DNA of 21,049 nt from Bugula neritina. Its lineage: Eukaryota; Animalia; Bryozoa. The translations under genes and the position numbers were made by a program. The number at the start of each line of letters is the position of its first letter. Positions within the stretch are counted from its first letter, which is position 1. This document shows, piece after piece, positions 16,229-21,049 of this stretch. The DNA is taken from assembly GCA_964035545.1 (NCBI GenBank), contig CAXIUT010000203.1, forward strand, positions 1 through 21,049, in the 5' to 3' direction. Under the pieces are notes generated by a model. The model searched no databases and was not told the origin of the DNA. It saw only the letters and a list, made by a program, of their open reading frames with translations.

Positions 16229-19200
16229 GCGGCAGCTCCCTGTGAGTCGTTAGTGGTGCTGGCTTTGGCGCTTGTTTTGGTTTGCGCACGTTGGCTGCGG
16301 CGTAAGGCGCGGAATGCAGCGCGGGCGATGTCTTCATCCATGTCTGCTTGCTGGTGAATTTCCTGTAGACAGGCTTCAGCATCCGCGTTGCGTATCCGGC
16401 CCAGTCCTTCAATTGCCCCAATGCGGCGTGTTTCATCTGCTGTTGCATCGTGCGCAATGGCTTTGAGCGCTTCGGTATTTTGCTGACGTACCAGTATGGG
16501 TAGGGCGCGGGCCTGGCGTTCATCGTTGGCCGCAGCGGACAGCGCTGGCGTAAAGTTCTTTTCTGCCAGAATCTGTGGCTGGTGTAAGAAGCTTTCCCAA
16601 TCAAAGTCGTCTTTGCTGGTGCCGTGCTGGCGGATGGCCTGTTGAGCTAGTTGGCGTAACTGGTGTGCCGGGCTGTCCAGTAATTGGCGCACCGCTGTTA
16701 GCAGATCGGTATCTGTGCATTTTTCCAGCCGTAATAGTGCCTGTAATATCGGCTCATGGAACAGCTGTAAAGCAGGTTCAGCACTCAGTAGTGTGTCAGC
16801 GAGCAATGGCGTTTTCACCTGTTGCACAACAGCGGCCCGCAATAAATTGCTCACTGTGGTTTGGCGCATAGTGCGCTGTTCCAGTAGTGCCTGATGGTGT
16901 GGGTTATAGCCGCTGCGATTTGCTGAACGCTGTGTTTCAGTCCAGCATGTATGCCACTGTGCCAGTTGAGTTTTCAGCGCCTGTTGTAGTGCGGTTTGAA
17001 TGCTTTTTACCGGCTTAGGCTGGAGCGCGGCGAGGTGTGCGATTATGCCCACCGTTTCAGTGCGTTCGGCGGCCAGGCCCTGTGCAATATCGCCGGGCTT
17101 GTGGTCGTCTTTGAGTAGCAGCGTGCGCTGTAACTGGGCGCGAATACCGGCGTCATCCAGTTGCATATTGCCGGTCAGTAATTCCAGTAGCTGTGCAGTA
17201 GTGGCGTATTTGAGGATACGTTCCAGCATTTTTCTGTCGCCAAAGTGCTGATGCGAGTCGGCAAAGTGGCCCTGCATAAAGGCGAGGTCGATTTCGCTGA
17301 CCTGATCGCTGGCGGGCTGCCACAGGTAAATGGCACTGTCGATAGCTTCTTCGACTTCGTCCCAATCGTCGCTTTCACGCAGCATCTTCAACAGTAAGGC
17401 GCGACTTTGGGCATGATCCCAATAACGCAGCTGTTTAAGCGCAAATGCGCGTGAATGGCTGTAGCGCTCGTTATCAGTAATGAAATCACATAGCACTTGC
17501 CAGCTCGCCAGCGTATTAAACCAGCGCAGTCCGCTAATCGCCCGTTCATTCATATCGCTCCAGCTATCGGCGTTTTTCAATGCCTGTTGCAGCAATTTGA
17601 GAATCTTCTCGGCATGTTCACTATCACCCAAATGACCGATGGCCTCAATCGCGGCTTCATTGAGCGCGTGCTCGCTATCCGTCGCCAAATCCAATAGCTT
17701 ATCCAGCACGTTAATATCGCCGGATTCGCCCAGCGCAATCACTGCTCGCTGGCGTTCATCTATATCGTCCAGAAATTCCATCGCGGCCAACAACACATTA
17801 TTGCCCTGCGGATGTCCGCTACGGCCCAAACCTTCGGCGGCGCGGAACTGTATCTCTGCGTCTTTATGGCCGAGTTGATTGAGTAAGGCTTCCACTGAAC
17901 CGTTGCGGCGACGGGCGCGGGTACTAATGGTTTGCAATATCTCTGCCAGAAAGTCATCGTTAGCAACATTGCTTGCATCAGCTAATGCCTCATCTACCGC
18001 TGGATTAGCGGCCATCCAGACCATGCCTTCCAGCATATCGGCGGCGTACTTGTGCTGATCGCAGTTGATTAGTGTATTGAAATGGCGGATCGCAATCCCG
18101 TCATAGCGTGGCTGTTGTTTGTCCAGCCAGCTGCGGTCTGCGGGTTCTTCCTCGTCATCGTCCATACTGTACGGGATATCTTGGTCATAACCGCTAATAC
18201 AGGTGAGCGCCTGATTTAAAGCATTGCGCAGTTGGCGACTCATGTCCTTACGGGCCAAACGCTCCAGCAAAGTGTCAGCTACGGCAGTGTCACGCGTCTG
18301 TCCAATACGGTGATAAACCGGCTCCGCTGTAGTCTTTAGTGTTTCCCGGTTTTCAGTGCAGGCCGCGAGGAACGTTGCTAACCCGCTTCCCTGCCAGGCA
18401 CCACCGATATTCAGCAGTGTTTGTTGCTCACGTTCACTTTCACTGCTGTGCCACAGTGTTTCCAGTGCCGCGAGTGCTTTGTCATGCTGATGTTGCATCA
18501 GGATGCGTAGAGCCTTTTCCGCTACCTTGCGTGCCGGATTGTTACAAGCTGTTACCAATAGCTCCGCCACACCTTTGCGTGCATACTGTTCGCCCAGCTC
18601 AGCTACACAGCGTCGCCCGACAGAGGCGGTATAAGATTGCAGCGCCAGCGGTGCGATTTTGAGCAGGTTTTCGACCCGTTTGGCTGTATCCATTGTATCA
18701 GCTGTATCAGTTGCTTTATCACCACCTGCTGTTTTATCACCGCCCGCATTTAGCAGTAACTCATAGGCTTCCGTCGCCAACACCGGAGAGCCTGTGACCA
18801 ACATATCTTCCAGCAGTTTACGTGATTGTTTCAGTGGCGTGTGTTTAACCAGAAGCTGCAAGCCAGCGGTCGCAATATCATCATGGCGTGAGGTAGTAGC
18901 GGCATTACCCAGTGCGTCCGGTTCGACTTCCAGTGTGAGCAGGTCATCAAAAGCTTTCTGGCGAATCGGCTGCTGATCATGGTTAAGCAGTGTCATTAAG
19001 CAGCTCACCACACCCGCCCGCAGATTCTTGTCACCCTGCTGAGCTAAGCGCTGTAGTCCCTGCATCGCCTGTGTGCGCAGGTTCATGGTGGCGGCATAAC
19101 CACCCTGTTCGTGCTCAGTGCGCAGCAGGCCAAGGTAAGCACCAAACGCCGTCTGCCAGCGTTGCGGCTGGGTTTTGTTGCTGGCGGTTTGTGGTTTGGA

Positions 19201-21049
19201 CTGTTTTTCTGCGGCCTGGATCAGCGTGTGGTAACGCTGTGCGAAAGCCTGATAGCTGGCCTGCCACAGTTCTTTACCGCCGCGCCCGTCGAGTGCAATG
19301 ATCGAGATAAAATCAATCAAACGCGCCCGCAGGCGGTTGTCGCCATGTACCAGAATTGCCGCAATCTGGCGCAGTGTTTCTGCGGCCAGCGTCCATTCCT
19401 GTTTATCTGCCCGCACTAAGCGACGACTAAACCAGCGTTGCAGATAGGCCCAGCGCGCAGCATCGTCATGATACAGGCTTAACACATCGGCACAGCGGCG
19501 TTGCAGGGAAGGGATGTCCAGCGCTAAAGCACGCAGACTGAGTTCAGGCTGTTTGCCGTGTAATAGAAATTCATGGCTGAATAAAGCCAGCACACTGGTG
19601 TTAGTAACAGCGGCATTGCGTAGCGATGAATGTAATGCCTGCACGCTGAGCGTGGTGTCGCTTAGTGTGACGGCCAGCCGGGCTTGTGGTGTCAGTTTGT
19701 CACGCAGCTTCCTATCGCGCAGTGCCTGTTGTCCGCGTGAGTCATTGAGTAGCGCTAAGGCATAAGCTGCCTGCGCCCGCATCACTATGTATTCATGGCC
19801 CAGTAATCCGGCCAGTGTTTCGGTGTGTTCGGAATGGCTAACCCAGGGTAGGGCTAAGGCGGCTTCGTCTGCCAGTTTGCTGTCACTGTGCTGTAATAGC
19901 GGCGCAATATGCTCAAAAGCACGACTATCTTCCAGCAGCCCCAGACCGCGCAGACCGTAAACGACATGCGTATGCCATTCCTCATGGTCTTTCTTGGACT
20001 GCGGCTTCTCCCGCAGAATCAGCTCAAGCAACGGCTCATAAGCCTGAGTCAGCCCAAGCTGAGCGCAGGCAATCGCGGCCTGGGTGCGCACATCGGTATA
20101 GTCACTATTGAGTGCCTGTTCCAGCGCCTCGGTGCGCTTGGTGAGCATAATCGCCTGTAGCGCATTGAGGCGTAGCTCCGGCACGTTGTCCTGTAGCAAG
20201 GTTTCCAGCAGGACATGGTCTTTTGCCGTTGGCTTTTTCGCGACCTGTTTAAGTACAGTCTGGCGCATATCTTCGAATGGCGAAGCCACGGCCTGTAGTA
20301 ATATTTGCTGACGATCGAAGCGCTTCTTCTCCTTTAGCGCCTGTCGCAAGGCTTCCAGCCGGATGGCAGTAAAGTTATCGGCAAATAGCTCCGGCAATAA
20401 GGTCTGCGCCCAGTCCTCTTTCAGCGCAGCGAGTGTTTCATTCAGTACTTCACGATGAATATTTTCATACTGACTGTTGAGTAACAGACGCAAAGTGGCG
20501 GGCAGGTCGCCGCCTAACTGGCGATTGCGGCTGACTTTAAACGCTTCCTGACGCACATCCTCAAATGGATCATTGAGTGCCTGTGTCAGTAATTCAACGC
20601 CTTCCTGCGCAATGTTTTTACCTTTACCCAAATGATCAAGCAGGGTTTTTAATGCGCGCTTATGGATATTCTCGTGCTGAGCTGCAAAGCCATAGCGTAC
20701 CAATGTCCACGGCTCGTCTGCTAATAAGGCTTCCAGCGCACTGAAAGCTGCATCACGCACGGCATCACTGCCGTCACTGAGCAGGAAATCGAGTTGCTGC
20801 ATCGCATCCGCCTGTTGTAACAGCGCGAAGGCCCGGCACACACCAACCCGAATGGTGTCGTCTTTTTCCTGACTCAGGAGTAGTAATAAACCGAAGGCGC
20901 GCTGGTCCTGTAATACCGCCCAACGCAAACGCTGATGCAAAACAAATGTCGGCGTGTTTACTGGTCATGCCCTGTAATAAGGGGGGCGTAATCGGCGTGC
21001 TGTAATTTTTTCAGGCTTTCCGATGAAGGTGTCGTGGTTGTGGTTGTAC
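16225..21049 (-). CDS. Giant HEAT/ARM-repeat protein (>1600 aa, 5' end outside window; two apparent 1-nt insertions near the window edge)
   Basis: Repeated HEAT/PBS-like units (L.D....VR..A..AL). The frame extends past 20940 as ...SLKKLQHADYAP/LLQGMTSKHADICFASAFAL/AVLQDQRAFG if one base is removed at G6 (20981-20986) and C3 (20919-20921). The stop overlaps the SWIM ATG by 4 nt. Confidence 0.88.
18683..18748 (-). repeat. Short in-frame tandem repeats within the HEAT gene
   Basis: Three ~9-bp units (GCTGTATCC/ATTGTATCA/GCTGTATCA) and two ~18-bp units, encoding AGGDKTAGGDKATDTADTMDTA. Confidence 0.6.

Noticed and set aside
14624-20311. Many short ORFs overlapping the SWIM and HEAT genes, mostly plus-strand
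   Set aside because: Antisense or alternate-frame shadows of long coding genes, with no motifs.
1-21049. CRISPR array, tRNA or rRNA
   Set aside because: I saw no regularly spaced direct repeats or structural RNA signatures, and the intergenic gaps are short or otherwise explained.

Overview
Accessory-type bacterial region with four parts. (1) 1-6573: an AT-rich Hanks-type phosphosignalling cluster (FHA protein, PP2C phosphatase, small ORF, membrane kinase with two tandem Ser/Thr kinase domains, start of a probable second FHA gene). The PP2C gene is split by a ~2.4 kb element (476-2877) encoding a tyrosine recombinase and an IS91-type HUH/Y2 transposase. Its right end has integron attC architecture, with an R'' box complementary to the element's own left end, and precise G^TT excision would restore the PP2C frame. 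(2) 6574-8862: an IS630, a decayed vapBC pair and an intact FitA/Arc-like antitoxin + VapC module. (3) 8882-13001: a hypothetical gene, a PhyH-family dioxygenase, an IS701/IS4-like IS (17-bp TIRs, 7-bp TSD) and a proline-racemase-family enzyme. (4) 13037-21049 (minus strand): a tightly packed operon of a giant HEAT/ARM-repeat protein, a SWIM/WGR-like protein and a retron-type reverse transcriptase. It resembles type XIII (Mx162-like) retrons but has no room for msr-msd next to the RT. Several frameshifts fall in homopolymer runs, so some apparent pseudogenes may be sequencing artefacts. All calls are from motif reading by eye; no database searches were run.
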